Assembly (NCBI GenBank): GCA_963770485.1
Contig: CAVYPX010000009.1
Span: forward strand, 248,081-288,080
Direction: 5' to 3'
Origin: an uncultured Acidobacteriota bacterium
GTDB lineage: Bacteria > Acidobacteriota > Terriglobia > Terriglobales > Acidobacteriaceae
DNA: 40,000 nucleotides
Every line of letters starts with the position of its first letter. Within the stretch, counting starts at the first letter, position 1. Position numbers and translations under genes: made by a program. Positions 9,343 through 17,142 of this stretch are shown one piece after another. The notes under the pieces are model-generated. The model saw nothing but the letters and a program-made list of their open reading frames with translations, had not been told where the DNA came from and made no database searches.

Positions 9343-10083
9343 TTAGCCTCCGGACAGAGTAAAGTTCACCGTAATCTGCGTTTCCACTTCCACCGGTTCG
9401 CCATTCAGAATGTAAGGCTTATACCGCCATTGCTTCACGGCTTCGATGGCCGCCGGCGCCAGCATGGGGTGACCGCTGATCAACCGCAGGTTCTCGATCG
9501 TCCCATCTTTGCTGATTTCAGCCTGCAACAGCACAGTACCTTGGATGCGCGCTTGCCGGGCCAGCGGTGGATAATTCGGTTGCACTCGGCGGATCAGCAA
9601 TCCCTGAGTCACGCCCTGAGATACGCGGACGCGCTGCGGCGTGGCCACTTTGGGCACAGCCACCGGGGTCGAGCTGATAATGCCGCCGATTACGCCGCCC
9701 ATCTGTCCGCCGGGAATACCTCCCGGCACGCCGCCTACGACACCACCGGACGCCACCATCGGAGGTGGCTCGTCTTCCTTGATCATCTGCACTTTCTCAG
9801 GAATCTTGGTGGGTGTGCGCAATTGCCCGTTGACGATGTCGGTCTGCACGGTCTTGACGATCTTCACCGGGGCTGCTGCCGGGGGCGGTGGTGGCGGCGG
9901 AGGCGGGGGCGGAGCTACCAGGAATGTCATCAACTGCGTCTTGGGCAAGGCTTCGGTAAACAGGAGGGGCACCAAGACCAGGATTCCTACCAATGCCATC
10001 TGAAGAACAAACGACAAGGCAGTTGTCACGCCCCGCTTGCTTTTCAGCCGTCCACCCGATTCGATCAGGCTGTCTTCAAACAT
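9343..10083 (-). CDS. tonB: energy transducer TonB
   Basis: N-terminal membrane anchor, a run of 11 prolines, and a C-terminal TonB_C-like domain (YPPLARQARIQGTVLLQAEISKDGTIENLRLISGHPML). Confidence 0.85.
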   Translation of the reverse strand: MFEDSLIESGGRLKSKRGVTTALSFVLQMALVGILVLVPLLFTEALPKTQLMTFLVAPPPPPPPPPPPAAAPVKIVKTVQTDIVNGQLRTPTKIPEKVQMIKEDEPPPMVASGGVVGGVPGGIPGGQMGGVIGGIISSTPVAVPKVATPQRVRVSQGVTQGLLIRRVQPNYPPLARQARIQGTVLLQAEISKDGTIENLRLISGHPMLAPAAIEAVKQWRYKPYILNGEPVEVETQITVNFTLSGG

Positions 10084-10184
10084 GAGATTTCTCCTACACG
10101 GACCCTAACTGCTCTTAGACACCAACTGCCTCCTGTTTGCTCCCAAGAGCCGGCTGCTTTTGCCGGTCTTCTTGAAACCGCATG

Positions 10185-10213
10185 ATACTACCTCAAATCC
10201 CTAACATTCACAA
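10185..10213 (-). promoter_or_regulatory. sigma-70-like promoter candidate for the tonB-exbB-exbD operon
   Basis: Minus-strand TTGTGA (10213-10208), a 17-nt spacer, then TAGTAT (10190-10185), about 100 nt upstream of the tonB ATG. Pattern match only. Confidence 0.35.
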
Positions 10214-10247
10214 ACTTACACGCTCATACCCAACCTGCTGGCGGGTT

Positions 10248-11453
10248 TCAGGCTTTGACCTTCACCTTTTCCCCACGGCGGTTAGCGTCCTTGGCCGCAA
10301 TCGTAACCGGCTTCCCGCGATTGGATTTCCAATCCTGATAGGCCACCAAAATCGGAGCCGCAATCGCGATGGACGAGTAGGTTCCAATTAAAATGCCAAT
10401 CACCAGGGCAAAGGAGAAGCCATGCAACACCTCGCCCCCGAACAGGTACAAAGCCAGCACGGTCAGGAAGGTCAAGCCCGCGGTCAGAATAGTCCGGCTC
10501 AGCGTCTGATTGATGGCGCGATTGACGATGTCCGCCAACTTCTCGCGCCGCATCAGCTTCAGGTTTTCGCGGATGCGGTCGAACACCACGATGGTGTCGT
10601 TATTGGAGTACCCGACCAGGGTCAAGATCGCGGCAACCACGGTCAACGAAATCGATTTATTGGTCAGGGAGAATGCTCCCACGGTGATCAGCGTGTCATG
10701 GAAGACCGTGATCACGGCCGCTACGCCGTAGATCCATTCGAAACGGAATGCCAGGTATACCAGCATGCCGAGCAACGAATACAGCACGGCCAGCTTGGCC
10801 TGAGTCTGTAACTGGTGCCCCACTTGGGGCCCGACGATCTCCACGTTGCGCACGCCAAAATCGGAAAGATAAAATACGTCCTGCAGCGATGCTACGACGG
10901 CGGGGTCCACCGCGCCCTTCAAATCGTCCATGGAACTCAGCACGCCGCCCTTCACCTTGTCCCGAACATTGACGATCCCCTGCGCCTGGGCGCTGTAGCG
11001 TTGGTTGGCATCGGTGCCCGCACGCAGCGGATCTTTCTCCATCAGATAATTGGTCAAGGTCAGCACGCTGGCATTATTCAGGTCCTGTTTCCCCGGGGGA
11101 GCGTTGGACTCGAGCGCGTTGATGATCTGCAGCTTGCCCTGATCGAGCGCCTGCTCACTGGTCTCCTGCTCGGCAAGGTCAATCAGCACCTCGTTGTTGG
11201 CGATCTGGCCGTAACGCTGAATGCGCGCATTGTGCAGGCCGGCTCGATCCATGGCGGCCCGGATGGCGTTGTCGTCCGGCGTATGCGAGAACTTTACGTA
11301 GACCAGCGTGCCGCCGCGGAAGTCTACGCCCAGCGGAATTCCGTGCCAGAACAGCATGGAAAGCACGCCGGCCACGCTGAACAATAATGAGAAGGCGAGA
11401 AAGTACCACTTCTTGCCCAGAAAATCTATGTTTGGATCACGAAAAAATTCCAC
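10248..11453 (-). CDS. secF: protein translocase subunit SecF
   Basis: GTG start. MEFFRDPNIDFLGKKWYFLAFS with a SecF-type 6-TM layout. Immediately downstream of secD. Confidence 0.93.
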   Translation of the reverse strand: MEFFRDPNIDFLGKKWYFLAFSLLFSVAGVLSMLFWHGIPLGVDFRGGTLVYVKFSHTPDDNAIRAAMDRAGLHNARIQRYGQIANNEVLIDLAEQETSEQALDQGKLQIINALESNAPPGKQDLNNASVLTLTNYLMEKDPLRAGTDANQRYSAQAQGIVNVRDKVKGGVLSSMDDLKGAVDPAVVASLQDVFYLSDFGVRNVEIVGPQVGHQLQTQAKLAVLYSLLGMLVYLAFRFEWIYGVAAVITVFHDTLITVGAFSLTNKSISLTVVAAILTLVGYSNNDTIVVFDRIRENLKLMRREKLADIVNRAINQTLSRTILTAGLTFLTVLALYLFGGEVLHGFSFALVIGILIGTYSSIAIAAPILVAYQDWKSNRGKPVTIAAKDANRRGEKVKVKA

Positions 11454-11494
11454 GCTGCTGAAAACCTTTCCTAGCTACCAGCTACTAGCTACGG

Positions 11495-13111
11495 TCAAAT
11501 GCTCAACGCTTCGCCACGCTGCTTGCGGGTCAATATCCAGTCAAAGATCACGCGCGACACGAACACCGCTGTAAACAGGTTGGCGAACAAGCCAAAGCTC
11601 AGGGTAACCGCAAACCCGCGCACCGGACCAGTTCCGAAAATAAACAGAATCACCGCCGAAACAATCGTGGTCACGTGGGTGTCCACGATGGTGATCCAGG
11701 CATGGCCGAAACCCTGCTCGACCGCCGAGGGCGGCGTCTTCCCATTCCGCAGTTCTTCCCGGATGCGCTCGAAAATCAGGACATTCGAGTCCACGCCCAT
11801 GCCGACCGTCAGTATCACTCCCGCAATTCCCGGCAGAGTTAGCGTGGCCCCACTGTAACCGAGGAACCCAAGCAGGATAACCAGATTCAGAATCAGCGCC
11901 AAATCTGCGTTGATCCCAGCCGCCCGATAGTAGATCAGCATGAAGACCAGCACTGCCAGCATGCCGATGATGGCCGCCCGCACGCCGGCGCGAATCGAAT
12001 CCGTGCCCAGCGACGGACCCACCGTGCGTTCCTCCAGGTACTTGATACCTGCCGGCAGCGCGCCCGAGCGCAGAATCATGGCCAAATCTTTGGCCTCCTG
12101 CTCGGTGAAGCGGCCATTGATCACGCCCGTGTCATGAATCTGCTCCTTGATCACCGCGACTTCCTGAACCTTGTGGTCTAACACCACGGCCAGGTTATCG
12201 CCCACATGAGCGCCGGTGAAACTGGCGAACCGCCGTCCGCCCTCTCCGGTCAAAACAAACTGCACCGCCGGCTGTCCGTTTTCATCCCGGGAAGGCTCCG
12301 CCGAGCGCAGGTCGCGGCCGGTCACTGCTGACGCACGCGAAATCAGGTACCAGGTCTGCCCGCCCTCGGCTGCGGTCACCCCGATGCTGCGGCCTGGCAT
12401 CAACTCCGCATCCGGCGGCAGGACGCCGCCGTGTTCTTGCAGAGCTTGCTGCTCGCTGGAGTAGGGGCCGCCCAGTGACTGCCGGATCTCCAGCATGGCG
12501 GTGGATTGCATGATTTCCTTGACCCGCGCGGGATCGTCCACGCCCGGCAGTTGCACCAGGATCTGATACTGCCCCAGCCCGTGTTCCTGAATGGTGGGCT
12601 CGGTCACGCCCAGTTGATCGATGCGGTTGCGGATGGTCTCAATCGCCTGGGTCACGGCGCGGTTTTTCAGGTCGGCAAGAGCCTGCGGCTTCATGGAAAC
12701 CGTCCAGGTATTTTCCGCACCGGATGCCAGGTCGTACTCGGGGAGCCGGTCGCTTACCAGCGAACGCAGATCGGAAGTCGCCTCGGGCGGTACGCCTTTG
12801 AGTACGACCTTCTCGGGATGATTGACCGGATCCGGTTTGCTGATATCGGCGTAATTGATCTTGTGAGAACGGAGATCCGCTTTCAGCCGTTCGATCGCGT
12901 GGTCGGAATCGACGCTCACCGCGTCATTCACCTGCACCTGCAGAATCAGGTGCGTGCCACCCTTGAGGTCCAGCCCCAAATGAATGCGGTTCTGCAAGGA
13001 CGCCAGCAGCCCGCTGCCAGACCAGCTGTCCGGTATGCCGACGATGCCGAACACGAAAAACAGCAGCGTCCCGATAATGACTAGCAGTTTCCAGCCCAGA
13101 TTCTTGTTCAT
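11495..13111 (-). CDS. secD: protein translocase subunit SecD
   Basis: 538 aa with an N-terminal TM segment, a large periplasmic domain (LGLDLKGGTHLILQV) and a C-terminal 5-TM bundle. Confidence 0.95.
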   Translation of the reverse strand: MNKNLGWKLLVIIGTLLFFVFGIVGIPDSWSGSGLLASLQNRIHLGLDLKGGTHLILQVQVNDAVSVDSDHAIERLKADLRSHKINYADISKPDPVNHPEKVVLKGVPPEATSDLRSLVSDRLPEYDLASGAENTWTVSMKPQALADLKNRAVTQAIETIRNRIDQLGVTEPTIQEHGLGQYQILVQLPGVDDPARVKEIMQSTAMLEIRQSLGGPYSSEQQALQEHGGVLPPDAELMPGRSIGVTAAEGGQTWYLISRASAVTGRDLRSAEPSRDENGQPAVQFVLTGEGGRRFASFTGAHVGDNLAVVLDHKVQEVAVIKEQIHDTGVINGRFTEQEAKDLAMILRSGALPAGIKYLEERTVGPSLGTDSIRAGVRAAIIGMLAVLVFMLIYYRAAGINADLALILNLVILLGFLGYSGATLTLPGIAGVILTVGMGVDSNVLIFERIREELRNGKTPPSAVEQGFGHAWITIVDTHVTTIVSAVILFIFGTGPVRGFAVTLSFGLFANLFTAVFVSRVIFDWILTRKQRGEALSI

Positions 13112-13161
13112 GTCTTGACTATTATTCCACCAATGAACTTGGATGCGCGCAGTGCTTGATC

Positions 13162-13488
13162 CTACTTCGCCGGCTTGCTCGTGTCTTCGGGCGTTGTTAC
13201 CGATGCCACCGAACCCCGGCTGACCTCAATGCGCAGGTTATCCGGCGGCACGCGCAGATGGAGGTAATCATCCTTCAGCGCGACGATCGTGCCCCGCAGC
13301 CCTCCGCTTGTCACAATCTTGTCACCTGTCTTCAGTTCGCCCAGCATCTGCTGCCACTTCTTCTGCCGCCGCTGCTGCGGCATGATCAGGAGAAAATAAA
13401 AAATGGCAAAGATAAAGATCAGCGGGGCGAACCCTAACCATCCCATGGACCCGCTGCTCTGCAACGCTAACAGCTGCTGAACGCTCAT
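13162..13488 (-). CDS. yajC: preprotein translocase subunit YajC
   Basis: FAIFYFLLIMPQQRRQKKWQQML and GDKIVTSGGLRGTIV are classic YajC motifs. The ATG at 13488 is preferred; ATG at 13446 and GTG at 13530 are alternatives. Confidence 0.85.
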   Translation of the reverse strand: MSVQQLLALQSSGSMGWLGFAPLIFIFAIFYFLLIMPQQRRQKKWQQMLGELKTGDKIVTSGGLRGTIVALKDDYLHLRVPPDNLRIEVSRGSVASVTTPEDTSKPAK

Positions 13489-13633
13489 GAAAACTGAAAC
13501 CCCGCTTCCGCCAGATGAATTCTGGAGCACGCGTCCACTGGCGCATTTACCCTTTACAAGTTTGCCGCTGGAGTTCTCGCGCTATTTAGGCCGGAGATTC
13601 CTTCAGCTTCGGACACAAACCGGGGGTGCCGAG

Positions 13634-14905
13634 CTATGGTTTCGGTCGAGACCAGACTTCAGACGAAAAACGGGCCCCGGTCCCAAGTTGAATAGAATGA
13701 CGTACCGCCCGCATGGTGTCAAGGTAGAAGCTCAGGTTGTGGATGGTATTTAAGACTTGGGCCAGAACCTCGTTGGCGGCATAAAGATGACGCAAATAGG
13801 CTCGGGAATAACGGCGGCACACCCGGCAGCCGCAATTGGGGTCGAGCGGACCGCCATCCGCCGCGTACTGCGCCTGTTTGATGGAGATTTTCCCTTGTGA
13901 TGTGAACAGCAATCCATGGCGCGCGGCCCGCGTAGGCAGCACACAATCCATCATGTCGATGCCCAGGCCGGCGTACGCAGCGATCTCCTCCGGCGTGCCC
14001 ACCCCCATCAGGTAGCGCGGCTTGTCAGCGGGAAGATGCTCCAGAGTGGCCTCGACAATTTCCCGCGTCATGGAGCGCGGCTCGCCTACGCTCAACCCGC
14101 CAATGGCGTAGCCGGGGAAGCCGATTTCGATCGTTCGCTCGGCCGATTCTTTGCGGAGCGCCGCCTCCATCCCGCCTTGAATAATGCCAAACAGAGCTTG
14201 ACTCGCGTTGGAACACGTAGGGGCGGACGCCTTGGGCTGTCTGGCCGAGCAAAGCTCGGCAGGCTCTGGTGCGGCGGGGATTTCGTGGCCGACTGCTGGC
14301 GAGCTGCCCTCGCCCGGACAGCCGGGGGCGGCTGTCCCCACGCAACCCTTGGCCCACGCCACTTCCCCCTTGTGCTCCTCAAAATATTTCTTGCTTCGCT
14401 CGGCCCAGCGCAGCGTCAATTCCATAGACTGCCGCACCCGCTCACGATCCGCCGGGTACTCGGTGCACTCATCGAAGGCCATGATGATGTCGGCGCCCAG
14501 CCCGATCTGCGCTTCCATCGCACTTTCGGGGCTGAAGAAGTGGGCCGACCCATCCAGATGCGAACGGAAGGTAACGCCTTCCTCGGTCACCTTGCGCAGA
14601 TCGTTCAGACTGAATACCTGGAATCCGCCGGAATCGGTGAGAATGGGTCGCGGCCACGACATAAAGCGATGCAGGCCGCCCAGCTTTCTGACCTGCTCGA
14701 CTCCGGGCCGCAGATAGAGGTGATAGGTGTTCCCGAGAACGATCTGAACGCCGAGTTCCTCAAGAATGTCCTGGGGCACGCCCTTAACAGAAGCCAGAGT
14801 TCCCACCGGCATAAAGACGGGGGTTTCGACTTCGCCGTGGGGCGTGAGAAGACGGCCGGCCCGCGCGGCACCAGAGGTAGCTTCGACTCTGAACTCGAAG
14901 GACAT
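13634..14905 (-). CDS. tgt: queuine tRNA-ribosyltransferase, carrying an in-frame insertion of about 46 codons
   Basis: The motifs LTDSGGFQVFSL, ALFGIIQGG, GGLSVGEP and the zinc site CGCRVCRRYSRAYLRHL are all present. It is 423 aa, against about 375 aa for E. coli Tgt as I remember it. Confidence 0.95.
   Translation of the reverse strand: MSFEFRVEATSGAARAGRLLTPHGEVETPVFMPVGTLASVKGVPQDILEELGVQIVLGNTYHLYLRPGVEQVRKLGGLHRFMSWPRPILTDSGGFQVFSLNDLRKVTEEGVTFRSHLDGSAHFFSPESAMEAQIGLGADIIMAFDECTEYPADRERVRQSMELTLRWAERSKKYFEEHKGEVAWAKGCVGTAAPGCPGEGSSPAVGHEIPAAPEPAELCSARQPKASAPTCSNASQALFGIIQGGMEAALRKESAERTIEIGFPGYAIGGLSVGEPRSMTREIVEATLEHLPADKPRYLMGVGTPEEIAAYAGLGIDMMDCVLPTRAARHGLLFTSQGKISIKQAQYAADGGPLDPNCGCRVCRRYSRAYLRHLYAANEVLAQVLNTIHNLSFYLDTMRAVRHSIQLGTGARFSSEVWSRPKP
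14208..14345. repeat. family B palindromic element copy lying inside the tgt reading frame
   Basis: 14208-14231 (TTGGAACACGTAGGGGCGGACGCC) is identical to 19125-19148. The GAGCAAAGCTCGGCAG and GGCGAGCT blocks are also shared with 19125-19267. The right boundary is estimated from the extra residues relative to E. coli Tgt. Confidence 0.65.
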
Positions 14906-15002
14906 TGTTTGGAATTGTACAGAACCAGACAGAAACAGCTTCTGGCGAACTCACGTCGGACAGCGGCAGTCGACGGGCCTGTGCGGCCTGCGCGGTTCGT
15001 GG

Positions 15003-15479
15003 TCAGAATGCGAGTTCGAGAATTTCGCCTCGCACCTCGCCGTCTTCCACTGTAAGGCGTCCGGCGCTCACGGGCAGGCGGAACCTCCTTGGGCCCGCGC
15101 TCCCCGGATTGAAATACAGCACGCCGTTTCTTGTCTCCTGCTTAGGAATATGGCTATGTCCTGAAATGACTGCGGCAAATCCCGCCGCTTCCGGCTTCAG
15201 GTCCAATTCATGAAGATCATGCAACACGTAGATGGATATGTCACCGACCTCGAGCACGTTGGTCGCAGGAACTGGTTGTGCCCAAGCTTCGCGATCCACA
15301 TTGCCGCGGACTGCCGTCACCGGCGCGATCTCAGCCAGGCGGCCGAGGATGGTGGGATCGCCGATATCCCCAGCATGGATTATGAATTGCGACCCACGAA
15401 GCGCCGCGAGTGCCTCCGGCCGGAGCAGGCCATGCGTATCGGAGATGACGCCGATTACAGTCGCTGCAGGCCGCTCCAT
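15003..15479 (-). CDS. metallophosphoesterase, YfcE/MJ0936 family
   Basis: The ISDTHG, HAGDIGD, VRGNVD, GHSH and NPGS motifs occur in the expected order. Confidence 0.85.
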   Translation of the reverse strand: MERPAATVIGVISDTHGLLRPEALAALRGSQFIIHAGDIGDPTILGRLAEIAPVTAVRGNVDREAWAQPVPATNVLEVGDISIYVLHDLHELDLKPEAAGFAAVISGHSHIPKQETRNGVLYFNPGSAGPRRFRLPVSAGRLTVEDGEVRGEILELAF

Positions 15480-15522
15480 ATTTCAGATCTTCTCATGAAG
15501 CCGCTCAGCGCCAGCGCTTACT

Positions 15523-15667
15523 GGTAGTGGCTCAGTTTGATTTGTCATCCCGAGCAAGCGTTCTTTGCGCAGCGAGGGATCTGGGCGAGCCGCGCGGAAG
15601 CGTCGCGTTCTTTGCGACGCAAGAATCGCGCGCTTGGCTCGCCTCCGTATCAAACTGAGCCACTACC
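15523..15667. mobile_element. 145-bp MITE-like non-autonomous element (family C), full copy
   Basis: Perfect 18-bp terminal inverted repeats GGTAGTGGCTCAGTTTGA / TCAAACTGAGCCACTACC. Flanked by the direct 8-mer CGCTTACT at 15515-15522 and 15668-15675. No credible ORF inside. Confidence 0.8.
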
Positions 15668-15670
15668 CGC

Positions 15671-16870
15671 TTACTTCGTTATTTCAGGCGTGTCGAGCTC
15701 CCGGTCGGCGACAAAATCCGACAACTCCAGGCGAAGATTCCCGGCGTTCGTGGCATAGGCGAGACCAGTTTCGAGATCGATCGTGCCCGCGCGAACAAGT
15801 TTCTCGATCTCCCCGTCGAAGTGCTGCATCCCTTCAGCTCCGCCCACGCGCATGGCATCAAGCAACGTCTTGCCCTCAGCTTCGCCTTTCTCGACATATT
15901 CGCGAGTGCGCAGGGTGGCTTTCAGAATCTCAATTGCCGCCACTCGCCCGCCACCGTCCTTCCGTGGAATGAGCCGCTGCGAAATCATGTAGCGGAAGCT
16001 CTTCGCCAGCCGGGTGCGAATCGCGTGCTGCTCCGCCAAAGGAAATACGCCAACAATCCTCTCCACCGTTTTCGACGCATCAATGGTGTGCAGCGTAGAC
16101 ATCACCAGGTGGCCGGTCTCCGCCGCTTCCATGGCGATTTCGATGGTTTCCTTATCGCGCATTTCTCCCACCAGAATCACCTTCGGCGCCTGGCGCAAAG
16201 CCGCCCGTAATGCCAGAGCGAAACTCGTAGTGTCGCTGTGCAATTCGCGCTGGTGAATGATGCAGTTCTTATGGATATGCAGGAACTCAATTGGGTCTTC
16301 GATGGTCAAGATGTGATACGACTGCTCCTGATTAATCTTGTCGATGATGGCTGCCAGCGTCGAAGATTTACCCGAGCCCGTCGGACCCGTTACCAGCACG
16401 ATGCCATTGCGGAGATGGACGATTTTCTCGAGCTCAGCGGGCAGATTGAGAGTGGCAAAATCGGGGATCTTGCCGGGAATCACGCGCATTACGATGGCGG
16501 AACTGCCGCGCTGCATGAAGATGTTCACCCGAAACCGCGACGCGCCCGGCAAACTGTAAGACACGTCGCAGGAGCCATGATCGCGCAGGCTGTCCAGCGC
16601 ATGCTGATTATTGCTGATAAGGTCAGCGGCAATTCGGCGCGTGTCGTCCGCGGTCAATGCGCGCGGACCCGTGGGCGCAAGCCGGCCATTCACCTCGACC
16701 ATGGGCGGTTTGCCCGGCGAAAAAAACAAATCGCTGATCTTGGAAGATGTTCGCAACATCGCGGTCAATAGCGCGGCGGTGGGAATGGCCGCGGGCGTCG
16801 TCGCGGGCGCTGTGGCGGCGGCGACAGTTCCGGTAGCAACATTTGGCGGGGCGTTCGTGGGCGAAGACAT
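15671..16870 (-). CDS. pilT: type IV pilus retraction ATPase PilT (twitching motility)
   Basis: Walker A GPTGSGKSST, plus ILVGEMRD, TGHLVMSTLHT and the other PilT-type signatures. The ATG at 16870 follows AAGAGG; the 22-aa extension in the ORF track is unsupported. Confidence 0.9.
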   Translation of the reverse strand: MSSPTNAPPNVATGTVAAATAPATTPAAIPTAALLTAMLRTSSKISDLFFSPGKPPMVEVNGRLAPTGPRALTADDTRRIAADLISNNQHALDSLRDHGSCDVSYSLPGASRFRVNIFMQRGSSAIVMRVIPGKIPDFATLNLPAELEKIVHLRNGIVLVTGPTGSGKSSTLAAIIDKINQEQSYHILTIEDPIEFLHIHKNCIIHQRELHSDTTSFALALRAALRQAPKVILVGEMRDKETIEIAMEAAETGHLVMSTLHTIDASKTVERIVGVFPLAEQHAIRTRLAKSFRYMISQRLIPRKDGGGRVAAIEILKATLRTREYVEKGEAEGKTLLDAMRVGGAEGMQHFDGEIEKLVRAGTIDLETGLAYATNAGNLRLELSDFVADRELDTPEITK

Positions 16871-17142
16871 GAAAAATGGCCTCTTTTCGTGAAATGAGCT
16901 TCGTCGTGCTGGAGTTTCGCCAAGAAAACAGCCCACACCGACTGTTCTCAGCAGGGTGAAGCATGGTTCAGAGCACGGAACTGGCCAAAACTACGGTCGG
17001 GGAACGGCTAGAAACCCGCGAATTTGTGGGACAGGCAAGACATCAACTGTCTCACCTTTGTCGAAACGAGCGGGTGCGCGTCTCGTTCTGGAACATTGTC
17101 TGGAATCTGGACGGAAGTCTCAGCCTTGGACAAGTACGCTGA

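Noticed and set aside
15565-15972. ORFs whose N-terminal parts translate repeat elements: 15537-15758, 15565-15972, 37006-37452, 1629-1865, 33716-34150 and 19079-19351.
   Set aside because: The shared peptides (for example GSGRAARKRRVLCDA...LARL.IKLSHY) arise because the same noncoding repeat is being translated. They overlap real genes or lack start-site support.
16963-17142. 59-codon plus-strand ORF (MVQSTELAKTTVGERLETREFVGQ...) in the 272-nt thrS-pilT spacer.
   Set aside because: It is on the opposite strand to both neighbours and has a weak ribosome-binding site. Third-position GC is about 56% by hand count, lower than neighbouring genes appear to have. Conservation cannot be assessed here. 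It may deserve a TBLASTN check but is not supportable as a feature.
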